A DNA stretch of 64,000 bases from Clostridia bacterium (GTDB taxonomy: Bacteria; Bacillota; Clostridia; UMGS1883), in NCBI GenBank assembly GCA_045661145.1, contig JAZRFC010000048.1, positions 2,071 through 66,070 on the forward strand, in the 5' to 3' direction. The notes beneath the pieces were generated by a model. It was not told where the DNA came from. It made no database searches and saw nothing but the letters and a program-made list of their open reading frames with translations. Positions within the stretch are counted from its first letter, which is position 1. Each line of letters begins with the position of its first letter. Shown here piece by piece: positions 36,205 through 46,092 of the stretch. A program made the translations under genes and the position numbers.

Positions 36205-36605
36205 GGAAAGGGAGGTACACTCCGATGGAAAAGTAAGTAAGGAAACTTTTTTAAGAAGTTAATAATCTGATTCACACCTGCGGTAATTGATGGAGTATAT
36301 TAAGAAAACACGGCGGTGTGACGCTTAACATAGATTGTTTGGAATGAAAGGAACAAACAGTGCAGGGAGAGTCGGAAGAGTAACTTTTTAAGAAAGTACA
36401 AAAATTCACCTTTTGCGAAAAACACAGAAAGACCAGGGAATTCTCCTTAGAGAAAAGTAATTGCTGAAACGAGTTCTGTAAACAGTGTAATGGTGAAAGG
36501 TAGACGAAGAAAGAGAGGATAACAAAAGATGTTAGATATCAAGAGTGACCAGAAGTGACCTCTGATTGTTGTAAAGAAAGCAGTCAGAGGTCACTTCTAT
36601 TTTTG
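36205..36605 (+). ncRNA. Candidate ~400 nt purine-rich non-coding RNA or long leader of unknown class
   Basis: The 660 bp gap has no ORF of 60 aa or more on the plus strand and stop codons in all three frames. Also seen: a possible promoter (TTGAAA 36168-36173, 17 nt, TACACT 36191-36196), several hairpins, an internal duplicated ~40 nt module and a perfect 15 bp terminator stem. Confidence 0.35.
36551..36605 (+). terminator. Strong intrinsic terminator at the end of the non-coding region
   Basis: AGAAGTGACCTCTGA (36551-36565) pairs perfectly with TCAGAGGTCACTTCT (36584-36598), followed by ATTTTT. Confidence 0.85.
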
Positions 36606-36688
36606 CCTAAAAATATTCATATTCGTGTTGAAAAAATAAAAAATTGTGGTATACTTAAAAAGGAAGTTTTCAAAAGAGGTGACACAAT

Positions 36689-37840
36689 ATGAATATTACT
36701 CAGGACATCAAGTACATCGGTGTAAACGACCGTGATATAGATTTGTTTGAGGGACAGTACATTGTTCCTAACGGAATGGCATATAATTCTTATGTAATAA
36801 CAGACGACAAAATTGCAGTTATGGACACTGTCGATGCAAGGTTTAAGGATGAATGGCTTTCAAATCTGGAAAAAGCTACAGACGGAAAAGCCCCTGACTA
36901 TCTTATCATTCAGCATATGGAGCCTGACCACAGTGCCAATATCAAGCATTTTGCAGAAAAATATCCCAATGCAAAAATTGTTTCATCTGCAAAGTCTTTT
37001 GTAATGATGAAGGGATTTTTCGGCACAGACTTTCTTGAAAATCAGATTGTAGTGGGAGAGGGGGATACCCTTTCATTGGGAAGTCACACCCTCACCTTTG
37101 TAACTGCACCCATGGTGCATTGGCCCGAGGTTATCGTAACCTACGATTCCAAAGACAAGGTGCTTTTCTCAGCCGACGGCTTCGGTAAATTCGGTGCATA
37201 CGATACAGACGAGGATTGGGCTTGCGAGGCAAGACGCTACTATATTGGTATAGTGGGCAAATACGGACAGCAGGTGCAGGCACTTCTTAAAAAGGCGGCA
37301 GGACTTGATATAGAAATTATCTGTCCTCTCCACGGCCCCGTTCTGACAGAAAATCTTGGATACTATATTAATCTTTACGATATATGGTCAAGTTACCGTG
37401 TTGAGTCGGAGGGTGTTGTAATTGCGTACACTTCCGTTTACGGAAACACGAAAAAGGCTGTTGAAATTCTTCGTGACAAGCTCACGGAAAAGGGAGTCAA
37501 GGTTGTTGTAAACGACCTTGCCAGATGCGATATGGCAGAAGCGGTGGAGGATAGCTTCCGCTACTCGGTAACGGTGCTTGCGACAACAACATATAATGCC
37601 GATATTTTCCCTTTTATGAGGGAGTTTATAAACCATCTTACAGAGCGTAACTTCCAAAGCAGAACAGTTGCATTTATCGAAAACGGAAGCTGGGCACCTA
37701 TGGCAACCAAGGTTATGAAGGGTATGCTTGAAAAGAGCAAGAATCTTACCTATGCTGAAAACGAGGTAAAGATTATGTCTGCTCTTAATGAAGAAAGTGA
37801 AAAACAGCTCGAAGCACTTGCTGAAGAGTTGTGTAAATAA
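36689..37840 (+). CDS. FprA-family A-type flavodiiron protein (O2/NO reductase)
   Basis: 383 aa with a metallo-beta-lactamase-like domain (HMEPDHS) and a C-terminal flavodoxin-like domain. Confidence 0.88.
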   Translation: MNITQDIKYIGVNDRDIDLFEGQYIVPNGMAYNSYVITDDKIAVMDTVDARFKDEWLSNLEKATDGKAPDYLIIQHMEPDHSANIKHFAEKYPNAKIVSSAKSFVMMKGFFGTDFLENQIVVGEGDTLSLGSHTLTFVTAPMVHWPEVIVTYDSKDKVLFSADGFGKFGAYDTDEDWACEARRYYIGIVGKYGQQVQALLKKAAGLDIEIICPLHGPVLTENLGYYINLYDIWSSYRVESEGVVIAYTSVYGNTKKAVEILRDKLTEKGVKVVVNDLARCDMAEAVEDSFRYSVTVLATTTYNADIFPFMREFINHLTERNFQSRTVAFIENGSWAPMATKVMKGMLEKSKNLTYAENEVKIMSALNEESEKQLEALAEELCK

Positions 37841-37861
37841 AGATATTTTGGAGGTAAAATT

Positions 37862-38020
37862 ATGAAAAAGTATGTATGTGACATTTGCGGTTGGATTTAT
37901 GACGAGGCTGAGGGTGCTCCCGATATGGGAATCGAGCCTGGTACAAAGTTTGAAGACCTTCCCGAAGATTTTGTCTGCCCCCTTTGCGGAGTAGGTAAGG
38001 ATAGCTTCTCAGAAGAATAA
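37862..38020 (+). CDS. Rubredoxin (52 aa; too short for the supplied ORF track)
   Basis: Manual translation gives [52 protein letters not shown], with both CxxCG knuckles. A GGAGG RBS lies upstream. Confidence 0.9.
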   Translation: MKKYVCDICGWIYDEAEGAPDMGIEPGTKFEDLPEDFVCPLCGVGKDSFSEE

Positions 38021-38046
38021 AAAAAGGGGGATTCCCCCTTTTTTTG
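38021..38046 (+). terminator. Intrinsic terminator of the fprA-rubredoxin operon
   Basis: AAAAAGGGGG-ATT-CCCCCTTTTTTT. Confidence 0.85.
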
Positions 38047-38065
38047 ATAATATGAGGTGATTTTT

Positions 38066-38818
38066 ATGTCTATGGTTTTATTAACCGCGCTGGGAGTCGG
38101 CGGTGCTACGGTATTCGGTGCATTTATAGGCTTTATGTTTAAGAAAATGAGCCACAAATTTTCCGATATAATTCTTTCCTTTGCAGCAGGTGTTATGCTT
38201 GCAGCAGCGGTGCTGGGACTTATTATGCCCTCTCTGGAATACGGCGGAAAGTTTGGGCTTCTGACAACTGTTGCAGGGATTTTTACAGGAGCAATCTGTC
38301 TTAATCTTATTGATAAGCTTGTACCTCATCTTCATAAAATGGCAGGTCAGGAATTGGAGGAGCATAGTAATACCAAGCTTTCAAAGGTGCTTCTTTTTGT
38401 TACCGCCATTGCAATACATAATCTGCCCGAGGGTATTGCGGCAGGTGTAGGCTTTGGCTCGGGGAATACATCTCAGGCACTTTTAATTGCGGGGGGTATC
38501 GCACTTCAGAATATCCCCGAGGGTATGGTTATAATTGCCCCTATGCTTGCGGCAGGAGTTTCTCCCAAGAGAACCTTTGTAATTGCCATGCTGACAGGAC
38601 TTGTTGAGGTTATAGGAACATTCATGGGCTATTTTGCAGTAAGCATATCTTCCTTGATTCTGCCTTTTGCACTTGCCTTTGCAGGCGGTACTATGCTTTA
38701 TGTAATAAGCGATGAAATGATTCCCGAAACCCACGCCCACGGAGAACAGAGATGGGCGACATATGCTCTTTTAATCGGATTTTGCATAATGCTTGTAAGC
38801 GATGTTTTGTTAGGGTGA
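38066..38818 (+). CDS. ZIP-family divalent metal transporter (ZupT-like)
   Basis: About 250 aa with IAIHNLPEGIA and ALQNIPEGM signatures. The ATG follows GAGGTGA. Confidence 0.85.
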   Translation: MSMVLLTALGVGGATVFGAFIGFMFKKMSHKFSDIILSFAAGVMLAAAVLGLIMPSLEYGGKFGLLTTVAGIFTGAICLNLIDKLVPHLHKMAGQELEEHSNTKLSKVLLFVTAIAIHNLPEGIAAGVGFGSGNTSQALLIAGGIALQNIPEGMVIIAPMLAAGVSPKRTFVIAMLTGLVEVIGTFMGYFAVSISSLILPFALAFAGGTMLYVISDEMIPETHAHGEQRWATYALLIGFCIMLVSDVLLG

Positions 38819-38822
38819 TATT

Positions 38823-39695
38823 ATGATAGATTATCAGATAGAATTTCTTAGATTACTCGAGGGTATGAGAACGGACTTCCTTATCAGCTTTTTTGAATTA
38901 ATCACAATGCTCGCGGAAGAAACGCTGATGATTTTTGCCGTAGTTACATTGTGGTTTGCCGTTGATAAAAGGATTGCGCAAAAATTATTTTTTGTTACAG
39001 CCTTTTCCCTTGGGGTAAACGGAATTATAAAAAATTTTGTGAAAATGCCCCGACCTTTTGCTGACGGAAAAGTTTCCTGCGTAAGAGAGCATACCGCAAC
39101 GGGATACTCTTTTCCAAGCGGACACACACAGAATTTTGCAACCTGGAGTACGCTTATTGCGCTTAAGATAAAGAGAATTTCGGTATGGACAGTGACGGTT
39201 GTACTTATCCTTCTGGTTGCGTTTTCGAGGATGTTTCTGGGTGCTCATTACCCGATGGATGTTATTGCAGGTGCACTGCTGGGTGTTCTGTTTGCAATTA
39301 TCGGAAACTCGGTTTACGATAAAACTGACGATAAAAATAAACTGTTTTTGTGGGCTTCGGCAATTTTTACGCCCTTTATAATATGGTTTATAATTTTCCC
39401 GAATCCGCTGTATGGGGATTTTCTCAAGGTGTACGGTATGTTGGCAGGAACCTGTGTGGGAATAAGATTCGAGGAAAAGCATGCCCCTCTAAATTACAAT
39501 ATCCCTGTATTCAAAAAAGTGATAAGAGTAGTATTGGGTATAATAATTGCGTTGGTTTTCAAGGCAGGACTCAAAACGCTTTTTGCCACGGATATTGTAC
39601 GTCTTGGGCTGGTTTTTGATGCGGTACGGTATTTTGTGCTTTTGTTTATAATGGTGGGACTTTGTCCGTTGCTTTTTAAAAAATTGAAGATTTGA
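38823..39695 (+). CDS. PAP2-family lipid phosphate phosphatase (possible undecaprenyl-diphosphatase)
   Basis: 290 aa with PAP2 motifs KxxxxxxRP (KNFVKMPRP), PSGHT and SRMFLGAHYPMDV. Confidence 0.82.
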   Translation: MIDYQIEFLRLLEGMRTDFLISFFELITMLAEETLMIFAVVTLWFAVDKRIAQKLFFVTAFSLGVNGIIKNFVKMPRPFADGKVSCVREHTATGYSFPSGHTQNFATWSTLIALKIKRISVWTVTVVLILLVAFSRMFLGAHYPMDVIAGALLGVLFAIIGNSVYDKTDDKNKLFLWASAIFTPFIIWFIIFPNPLYGDFLKVYGMLAGTCVGIRFEEKHAPLNYNIPVFKKVIRVVLGIIIALVFKAGLKTLFATDIVRLGLVFDAVRYFVLLFIMVGLCPLLFKKLKI

Positions 39696-39698
39696 GAA

Positions 39699-39729
39699 AA
39701 GCGTGCTGAATTTTTCAGCACGCTTTTTA
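39699..39729 (+). terminator. Intrinsic terminator after the PAP2 gene
   Basis: GCGTGCTGAA-TTT-TTCAGCACGC followed by TTTTT. Confidence 0.85.
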
Positions 39730-39848
39730 GTACGAAGAAATATATATTGCTAAGTGTAAACAGTTATGCTATAATGAAATTAAGTATACTCAATTAGCCC
39801 AAGCATAGTTTTTAAGGCTTTTTGAAGTGCAGAAAGAAGGGGACAGAA

Positions 39849-40472
39849 ATGCATGGTATCGGGAAAAGACTTTTTGCTGTCATAAACTATCCGAGAACGC
39901 TTCCGGTTTATTTGTGTGCAATATGTTCCAGACAAAAACATCTGATTAAAGCAGATGTTGCCAGATGGAATGAAATTGACCAGATAAAATTCAATTTATT
40001 TGAATCGATTAATTGGTATATGACGTATAAAAAGGAGTTTCGCAATCTTATTCAGCATCGTTTGAAAAATCCATCACGCACATTTGCAGCTATGGTGCAT
40101 TTCGTAATTGCCCGCATTTTATGGAAACCGATGGAAAGCCTTTACATATACACAGAAAATATAGGCGGAGGCCTTTATATTCAGCATGGCTTTGCCACTA
40201 TTATAACGGCTGAAAGAATAGGCGAAAACTGCAGAATATACCAGCAGGTAACTATTGGCTATAAAAACGGAGCCTCTCCCCCTGTTTTAGAAGATAATGT
40301 TTCTGTTACCTGCGGTGCAAAAGTGCTGGGTGATATAACAATGCATTCGGGCAGTTTGGCAGCGGCAGGTGCTGTTGTTGTTAAGGATGTTCCCGAAAAT
40401 GCCATCGTGGCAGGTGTTCCTGCTAAGGTGATTGGGTACAAGGATGAAAAAAACCTCAATTTTCAGGGCTGA
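39849..40472 (+). CDS. Left-handed beta-helix O-acetyltransferase (serine acetyltransferase-like)
   Basis: Hexapeptide repeats (IGENCRIYQQVTIG...VSVTCGAKVLGDITMHSGSLAAAGAVVVKDVPENAIVAGVPAKVI). Confidence 0.8.
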   Translation: MHGIGKRLFAVINYPRTLPVYLCAICSRQKHLIKADVARWNEIDQIKFNLFESINWYMTYKKEFRNLIQHRLKNPSRTFAAMVHFVIARILWKPMESLYIYTENIGGGLYIQHGFATIITAERIGENCRIYQQVTIGYKNGASPPVLEDNVSVTCGAKVLGDITMHSGSLAAAGAVVVKDVPENAIVAGVPAKVIGYKDEKNLNFQG

Positions 40473-40590
40473 AGACAGTGATTATATAGGAAAAAATAAC
40501 AATCATATACTTGTGGAAGCAAGAACTTTATGGTATAATTAATAAGATAATGGCATTTTTTTACATATTACAGAAAGAAGATGCAAATAT

Positions 40591-42891
40591 ATGGCAAAAA
40601 CTTATGAAAGAAAAAAAGAAAGGCAAAATAATATTTTGTATACCGTTGTCACTGCAATTTTAATTTGTGCGGTGTTTTTTGCTATGGTTGTTTCATTTTA
40701 TTTTGAAGCTGAGGACGAAGCATATGAAATGCTTCACATTCAGACAAAACAGATTAAAGACGACCTTACTTTGCAGATGAAGTCAGACAAAGAAAATCTT
40801 GTTACCATGGCGAACTTTGCGGCAAAGCTCTATGCAGACGGTGAAAGTTATGAGCGTATGTTTGACTCATTTAAGCCTATCGGCTTATTCTCGAGAATCG
40901 GTATTTTAAACCCTGACGGCACCTTTATTACCAAGGATGAAACCGTTAATTTAAGAGATAGGCTCTCTTTTGAGGAAGAAGCCTTAAAGGGTGAACATAT
41001 CACAGGCAGAACACAGAGCTACTCAAGACCGGGGGAGGAGGTAGTTCGAAGCGTTGTTCCCTTTCAGGTAAACGGGGAAACCGTCGGTATTATATACGGT
41101 ATCATTAAGATTGAAACCATCAACGAAAAATACAATAACATGGCTCGGGAATTAGATGCGCAGCTTTTCGTTTATGATAAAGAAACCGGAAAGTTTATTA
41201 TAGATACAATTGATAAAAATCCCGGTGAGTTGTCAAATTTTAAAGACAGAGAATATAATGACGGCTATTCCTATGAGGCTTTGGAAACTACTGACAAAGG
41301 ATATTCCTCGTTCAAATCCAAGTTTACAGGTGAAGATTTGTATATTCACTATTCTACGATTGAAGATTTTAATTGGGGTATAATGCTTGCCCGCTATGAA
41401 ACACAGGTGTTTGCGGAAACACATAAAATTTTCCGAAATTTAGTTTTTAGTTTTACTTTAGTAATTTTAATTATAGCTGTTTACCTGCAGTTGGTTTTAA
41501 AAAGAGAGAGAGACAGAACGAAACTGCAGGCAGAATCTTCAACTATCAGAAAGCTTCTTCTGGAAATAGCTGAAGAGTACACAAATGTTACTGAAGCGAT
41601 GAAGAAAATTAAGGAATTTTCAAACGCACGTTCTGCTTTTTTTGCGGATACGGACGGGGAAGATTTCTTCTATATCAAACCGTCTTTAAGAGAAAAGCTT
41701 TTAGTAGGAGCTGACAGGAAATATTTCCAAACAGAGCTTTTCAGGTATGCTGCAAATATTCATAATAAAAGAAAATCAGCTATTGGTTTTATGCAGATTG
41801 TCCCGAACAAGCACCTTGCTAAAACCAATCGGGAACTATATCAATTTTTAATAAATCACAATATCAATGACATATCCTTTGCAATTGTCACAGATAAGAA
41901 TAACCATGCGGGAATTCTGGGAACGATTAATCCGAAGAAAAGCTCTTTTACCCGAAAACTCCTTGAGGAAGTTGCAGTTTGTTTTTCTATTGCTATGTAC
42001 AATAAAAAACATCTTAATAAAACAGAGCTTGCCGCAACAACTGATTCTCTTACAGGGGCATTAAATCGTGTGGCATATAAAAAAGATATTTTGAAATTAG
42101 ACGATGAGAAACCTGAAGAATTTTCCTGTATTTATATTGACGTAAATGAACTTCATCTCAGAAACAACAAATACGGACATGCTGCAGGCGATGAAATGCT
42201 TATCTATATTGCCAATACCTTGAAAGAGGTGTTCTACGGACATAGTATTTACCGTATGGGCGGAGATGAGTTTTTAGTATTCACAAAGGATACCACACAG
42301 GAAAAGATTAAAGAGAATATAGAAATATTTATCAGCCAATTAAAACCCATGGGATATAATGTGGCAATAGGTATGTCTTACAGAAGCCAGAATACAAACT
42401 GCGAAGAAATGGTTCGCGAAGCTGAAATAAGAATGTATGAAGCGAAAGCACAGTACTATCAGAATAAAGACAATAGCAGTGTATCTGAGGATAAAGACAA
42501 AGAATATGTGTATACAAAAACGGGCATCAAAGAAATTGATACAATGATATCTGTCATAAAGGAAAACTACAACGGCATTTACAGAGTGTCTCTTGAGAAT
42601 GATAATGCTCATCGCATACTTATGCCTGCATATCTCGGATATAACGAAGATGAAGAAAACTTTTCAAAACTTTTGGCAAAATACATTGATGAGATTGTGC
42701 ATCCCGATTTCCACAGAGCTGTTATGAGCTTTCTGAATTATGATGCATTAAGAAGACAATTGCTGGAAGGCAAAGTACCGACAATTACATATAAAAAAAT
42801 ACACGGTGAAGCAGTTACACTCAGTGTCTATAATTTAACCGATGATAAAGGCGACGTAAAAGATACTCTTTGGGTTTTTGCTAACGAGTGA
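40591..42891 (+). CDS. Membrane sensor diguanylate cyclase: TM, Cache-like, TM, GAF-like, GGDEF, then a C-terminal PAS-like domain
   Basis: 766 aa. The extracytoplasmic region between two TM helices resembles dCache. An intact GGDEF domain is present (DSLTGALNRVAY, IDVNELHLRNNKYGHAAGDE, YRMGGDEFLVF), followed by ~150 extra C-terminal residues. Confidence 0.85.
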   Translation: MAKTYERKKERQNNILYTVVTAILICAVFFAMVVSFYFEAEDEAYEMLHIQTKQIKDDLTLQMKSDKENLVTMANFAAKLYADGESYERMFDSFKPIGLFSRIGILNPDGTFITKDETVNLRDRLSFEEEALKGEHITGRTQSYSRPGEEVVRSVVPFQVNGETVGIIYGIIKIETINEKYNNMARELDAQLFVYDKETGKFIIDTIDKNPGELSNFKDREYNDGYSYEALETTDKGYSSFKSKFTGEDLYIHYSTIEDFNWGIMLARYETQVFAETHKIFRNLVFSFTLVILIIAVYLQLVLKRERDRTKLQAESSTIRKLLLEIAEEYTNVTEAMKKIKEFSNARSAFFADTDGEDFFYIKPSLREKLLVGADRKYFQTELFRYAANIHNKRKSAIGFMQIVPNKHLAKTNRELYQFLINHNINDISFAIVTDKNNHAGILGTINPKKSSFTRKLLEEVAVCFSIAMYNKKHLNKTELAATTDSLTGALNRVAYKKDILKLDDEKPEEFSCIYIDVNELHLRNNKYGHAAGDEMLIYIANTLKEVFYGHSIYRMGGDEFLVFTKDTTQEKIKENIEIFISQLKPMGYNVAIGMSYRSQNTNCEEMVREAEIRMYEAKAQYYQNKDNSSVSEDKDKEYVYTKTGIKEIDTMISVIKENYNGIYRVSLENDNAHRILMPAYLGYNEDEENFSKLLAKYIDEIVHPDFHRAVMSFLNYDALRRQLLEGKVPTITYKKIHGEAVTLSVYNLTDDKGDVKDTLWVFANE

Positions 42892-42911
42892 TTAAACGGA
42901 GGAACAACAAA

Positions 42912-43298
42912 GTGATACTGCAACTAATCAAATTTGGAGTGGTAGGCGTTATTGCTACCTTTGTAGACGTGGGAGTTCTTGTCGTATTAAAGGAACTGCT
43001 TCACGTGGATATTTTGCTTGCTTCGGCAATTTCCTTTTGTGCTTCCGTTACAGTAAATTACATTTTGAGTATGTCCTTTGTTTTCAAAAGAAAAAAACAA
43101 AGCAAGCTCAAGGAATTTATTATATTTGTATTACTCAGTATTGGCGGACTGTGCTTAAACCAATTGATTTTATGGATTGGAGTTAAGTTTACGTCTGTGT
43201 ATTATCTGATAGTAAAATTGTTTGCCGTGGTAATTGTACCGATTTACAATTTTATAACAAGAAAAATTTTTTTAGAGGCAAAAGGGAAATCGTTATGA
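42912..43298 (+). CDS. GtrA-family membrane protein (polyprenyl-phosphate sugar translocase-like)
   Basis: LIKFGVVGVIATFVDVGVLVVL and four TM segments. GTG 42912, preceded by GGAGG, was preferred over GTG 42888. Confidence 0.8.
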   Translation: MILQLIKFGVVGVIATFVDVGVLVVLKELLHVDILLASAISFCASVTVNYILSMSFVFKRKKQSKLKEFIIFVLLSIGGLCLNQLILWIGVKFTSVYYLIVKLFAVVIVPIYNFITRKIFLEAKGKSL

Positions 43299-43840
43299 AC
43301 AGTGTTTTTAAAAAAGACCTATACAGATATTACGGTGAAAGCGGAGAACCGTTTTTGAAAAAGGTGTTCCTTCCCCTCGAAATAAAATACATATCTGTAT
43401 TCCGAAAAGCAAATATGTGTAAATTCCTGCCTCTAAAACTTTTTTATATGTTAAGGCTCATGCATATGTCGAGCAGGACACAAATTCAGATTCCTGCAAG
43501 AACAAGCATAGGTGAGGGGCTGTATATCGGGCATCTCGGCCGTGTGATAATTCATCCCGATGCAAAATTGGGTAAAAACATTAATATTGCAACAGGTGTA
43601 ACAATAGGGATGGAAAACCGCGGAAAAAGAAAAGGTGTGCCCGAAATTTCTGACAATTGCTGGATTGGTACAAATGCCGTCATAGTGGGAAATATTAAAA
43701 TAGGCAGTGATGTTCTCATTGCACCGCTTACCTATGTTAATTTTGATGTTCCCGACCACAGCATTGTTATAGGAAATCCCGGAAAAATAATTCCTAAGGA
43801 AAATGCCACCGCAGACTATATTTGCAACTGCATACATTAA
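43295..43840 (+). CDS. Left-handed beta-helix O-acetyltransferase (second copy)
   Basis: 181 aa with hexapeptide repeats (IGEGLYIGHLGRVIIHPDAKLGKNINIATGVTIG...IGTNAVIVGNIKIGSDVLIAP). Confidence 0.8.
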   Translation: MNSVFKKDLYRYYGESGEPFLKKVFLPLEIKYISVFRKANMCKFLPLKLFYMLRLMHMSSRTQIQIPARTSIGEGLYIGHLGRVIIHPDAKLGKNINIATGVTIGMENRGKRKGVPEISDNCWIGTNAVIVGNIKIGSDVLIAPLTYVNFDVPDHSIVIGNPGKIIPKENATADYICNCIH

Positions 43841-43855
43841 TAAGGGAGTGGCGAA

Positions 43856-45361
43856 TTGAATAATAAAGATTCAAGAATTAAAAATAATTTAATATCGTCA
43901 CTTGTTTATCAGGTTGTGCTTATATCACTGAGTTTCCTCCTGCCGAGATTATATCTTGAAAATTTTGGTTCAGAGGTTAACGGTGTACTTTCGACCATAA
44001 AACAGATTTTTATGTATCTGTTCCTTTTGGAAGCTGGCGTAGGTCTTGCCACAACACAGGCTCTTTATAAAAGAATCGGGGAAAAGGATTACAAGAGTGC
44101 AAACGAAGTTCTTTCTGCCACCAATTCTTATTATATCAAAACAGGAATAATTTACCTAGCCATCGTACTTGTTATTGCCATTGTATATGCTTATGTAATA
44201 CCAACCTCAATAGACAGCAATGTAGTGTTTTTAATAATTATATTAACTGCTTTGCCCGCACTTTTCAGTTATTTTGTTCAGGCAAAATACAGAATACTTA
44301 TGGAGGTTGACGGAAGAAAGTATGTAATAAATAACTCTGAAACAATTCTTCAGCTTGCTTCAAATGCAGGCAAAATACTTGTTTTGGTTTTAACAGACAG
44401 TCTTCTTCTTATTCAGCTGGTTTATTGCATAATGTCACTTATTCAGCTTGCATATTTATATTTTTATGCAAGGCAGAGATATAAATGGCTTGATTTAAAT
44501 GTAAAACCTGATTTTGAGGCTATTTCACAGAAAAACTCGGTATTGGTACATCAGCTTTCAGGTATGGTATTCAATAATACCGACGTAATACTTATTTCCG
44601 TTCTTTGCGATTTTAAGGCGGTAAGTATTTATGCCATATATAATATTTTCTTTTCTCAGGTGCAGAATTTTATAACAAGTGTGGTTTCGTCCTTTACTTT
44701 CGCATTGGGACAGATGTTTCATACTGACAGAGAAAAGTTTGACAAGCTGTTTAATGTATACGAAACTTTTTACATAATGGCAACTTCTCTCATTTATACT
44801 CTTATGGCAGTATTTTTATTGCCTTTGATACAGATATATACGAGCGGAATAAACGATGCACAGTACACAAACACATTACTTGTATTGCTTTTTGTAATAA
44901 TGAATTTGCTCTCCAACTGTAAAATCCCTGCCAACAGTGTTATTGAATATTCGGGCGATTTTGAAAAAACCCGTTCCTATGCAATATGGGAAATGGTTAT
45001 AAATATCACGGTTTCCATTGCCGCAATTCTTTATATGGGAATATGCGGGGCAATAGTAGGAACAATTGCGGCGCTTTTATACCGCGGAGCAGTTACAATT
45101 TACTATTCAAACAGAAAAGTTCTTAAAAGAAGTCAGATGCATACATATAAAACCCTGATTTCAAACTGTGCGGTATTTGCTCTGATTATGGGAATATTTT
45201 TTGTTGACACATTCAGTAATGTTTCCTTCTTACAATTGCTAGCAAAAGGAGTTGTACACTCGGTATGGATTGCAGGATTGTACTTACTTGTAAACCTTGT
45301 ATTCAATAAGTCTGCTTTTAAAACTATTTTTGAAGTATACAGGGGGAATAAAAATCAATGA
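43856..45361 (+). CDS. Wzx-type oligosaccharide flippase (MOP superfamily)
   Basis: 501 aa with about 12-14 TM segments, inside the glycosyltransferase cluster. Confidence 0.8.
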   Translation: MNNKDSRIKNNLISSLVYQVVLISLSFLLPRLYLENFGSEVNGVLSTIKQIFMYLFLLEAGVGLATTQALYKRIGEKDYKSANEVLSATNSYYIKTGIIYLAIVLVIAIVYAYVIPTSIDSNVVFLIIILTALPALFSYFVQAKYRILMEVDGRKYVINNSETILQLASNAGKILVLVLTDSLLLIQLVYCIMSLIQLAYLYFYARQRYKWLDLNVKPDFEAISQKNSVLVHQLSGMVFNNTDVILISVLCDFKAVSIYAIYNIFFSQVQNFITSVVSSFTFALGQMFHTDREKFDKLFNVYETFYIMATSLIYTLMAVFLLPLIQIYTSGINDAQYTNTLLVLLFVIMNLLSNCKIPANSVIEYSGDFEKTRSYAIWEMVINITVSIAAILYMGICGAIVGTIAALLYRGAVTIYYSNRKVLKRSQMHTYKTLISNCAVFALIMGIFFVDTFSNVSFLQLLAKGVVHSVWIAGLYLLVNLVFNKSAFKTIFEVYRGNKNQ

Positions 45362-46092
45362 GTATTCCAAAAGTAATTCACTACTGCTGGTTTGGAAAAG
45401 GCAAAATGCCTGCACTTTCTGAAAAATGCATTGAAAGCTGGAAAAAATACTGCCCTGAATATAAAATAGTTTGCTGGAACGAAGACAATTTTGATATAAC
45501 ACAAAACAATTATGCCAGGGAAGCGTATGAGGCAGGTAAATGGGCTTTTGTCAGCGATTACGTCAGACTTAAAGTCTTGTATGACGAGGGCGGAATTTAT
45601 CTTGACACAGATGTAGAGCTTATAAAACCCCTTGACAAGCTTATAGAAAAAAGCGGATATATGGGATTTGATGATAACGGAGTTATATCAACAGGTCTTG
45701 GATTTGCCTGCGAAAAGGGAAATGAACTTATAGGTGCTCTTCTGAAAGATTATGAAGATATACATTTTTTGCTTTCTGACGGCACTTATGACCTTACTCC
45801 ATGCCCTGACAGAAATACAAAAACTATGCAAGAACTAGGACTTGATATCAGTATCCAAAAACAGCGTTTTATGGGGATACAAATGCTTCCCGAAGAATAT
45901 CTTTGCCCTATGAAATATTATACGGGAAAAAAGATAATAACCGAAAATACTTATTCCATACATCATTTTTGTGCATCGTGGACATCAAAAACCGCCAAGC
46001 GGACCCTGTTTGTAAAGCGGATTATAGGTGTAAAGCTGTACGATAAACTGTACGGAAAATTTTTACATAAAGTTAAATGGCTGGAGTGGTAA
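45358..46092 (+). CDS. GT32-like glycosyltransferase (DXD sugar-transferase family)
   Basis: IPKVIHYCWFGKG...VSDYVRLKVLYDEGGIYLDTDVE. Confidence 0.8.
   Translation: MSIPKVIHYCWFGKGKMPALSEKCIESWKKYCPEYKIVCWNEDNFDITQNNYAREAYEAGKWAFVSDYVRLKVLYDEGGIYLDTDVELIKPLDKLIEKSGYMGFDDNGVISTGLGFACEKGNELIGALLKDYEDIHFLLSDGTYDLTPCPDRNTKTMQELGLDISIQKQRFMGIQMLPEEYLCPMKYYTGKKIITENTYSIHHFCASWTSKTAKRTLFVKRIIGVKLYDKLYGKFLHKVKWLEW

Noticed and set aside
36145-36520. About a dozen GGA motifs in the non-coding region suggested a CsrA/RsmA-sponge RNA.
   Set aside because: The region is very A/G-rich, so roughly this many GGA triplets are expected by chance. Most are not presented in hairpin loops.
39730-40590. I looked for a c-di-GMP riboswitch (GEMM-I/II) in the leaders of the EPS locus, and also at 50326-50394.
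   Set aside because: No ACGCAAAGC / GGCAAACC-type conserved elements or suitable helices were found, only promoter-like sequences. This was a by-eye search, so a covariance-model scan would still be worthwhile.
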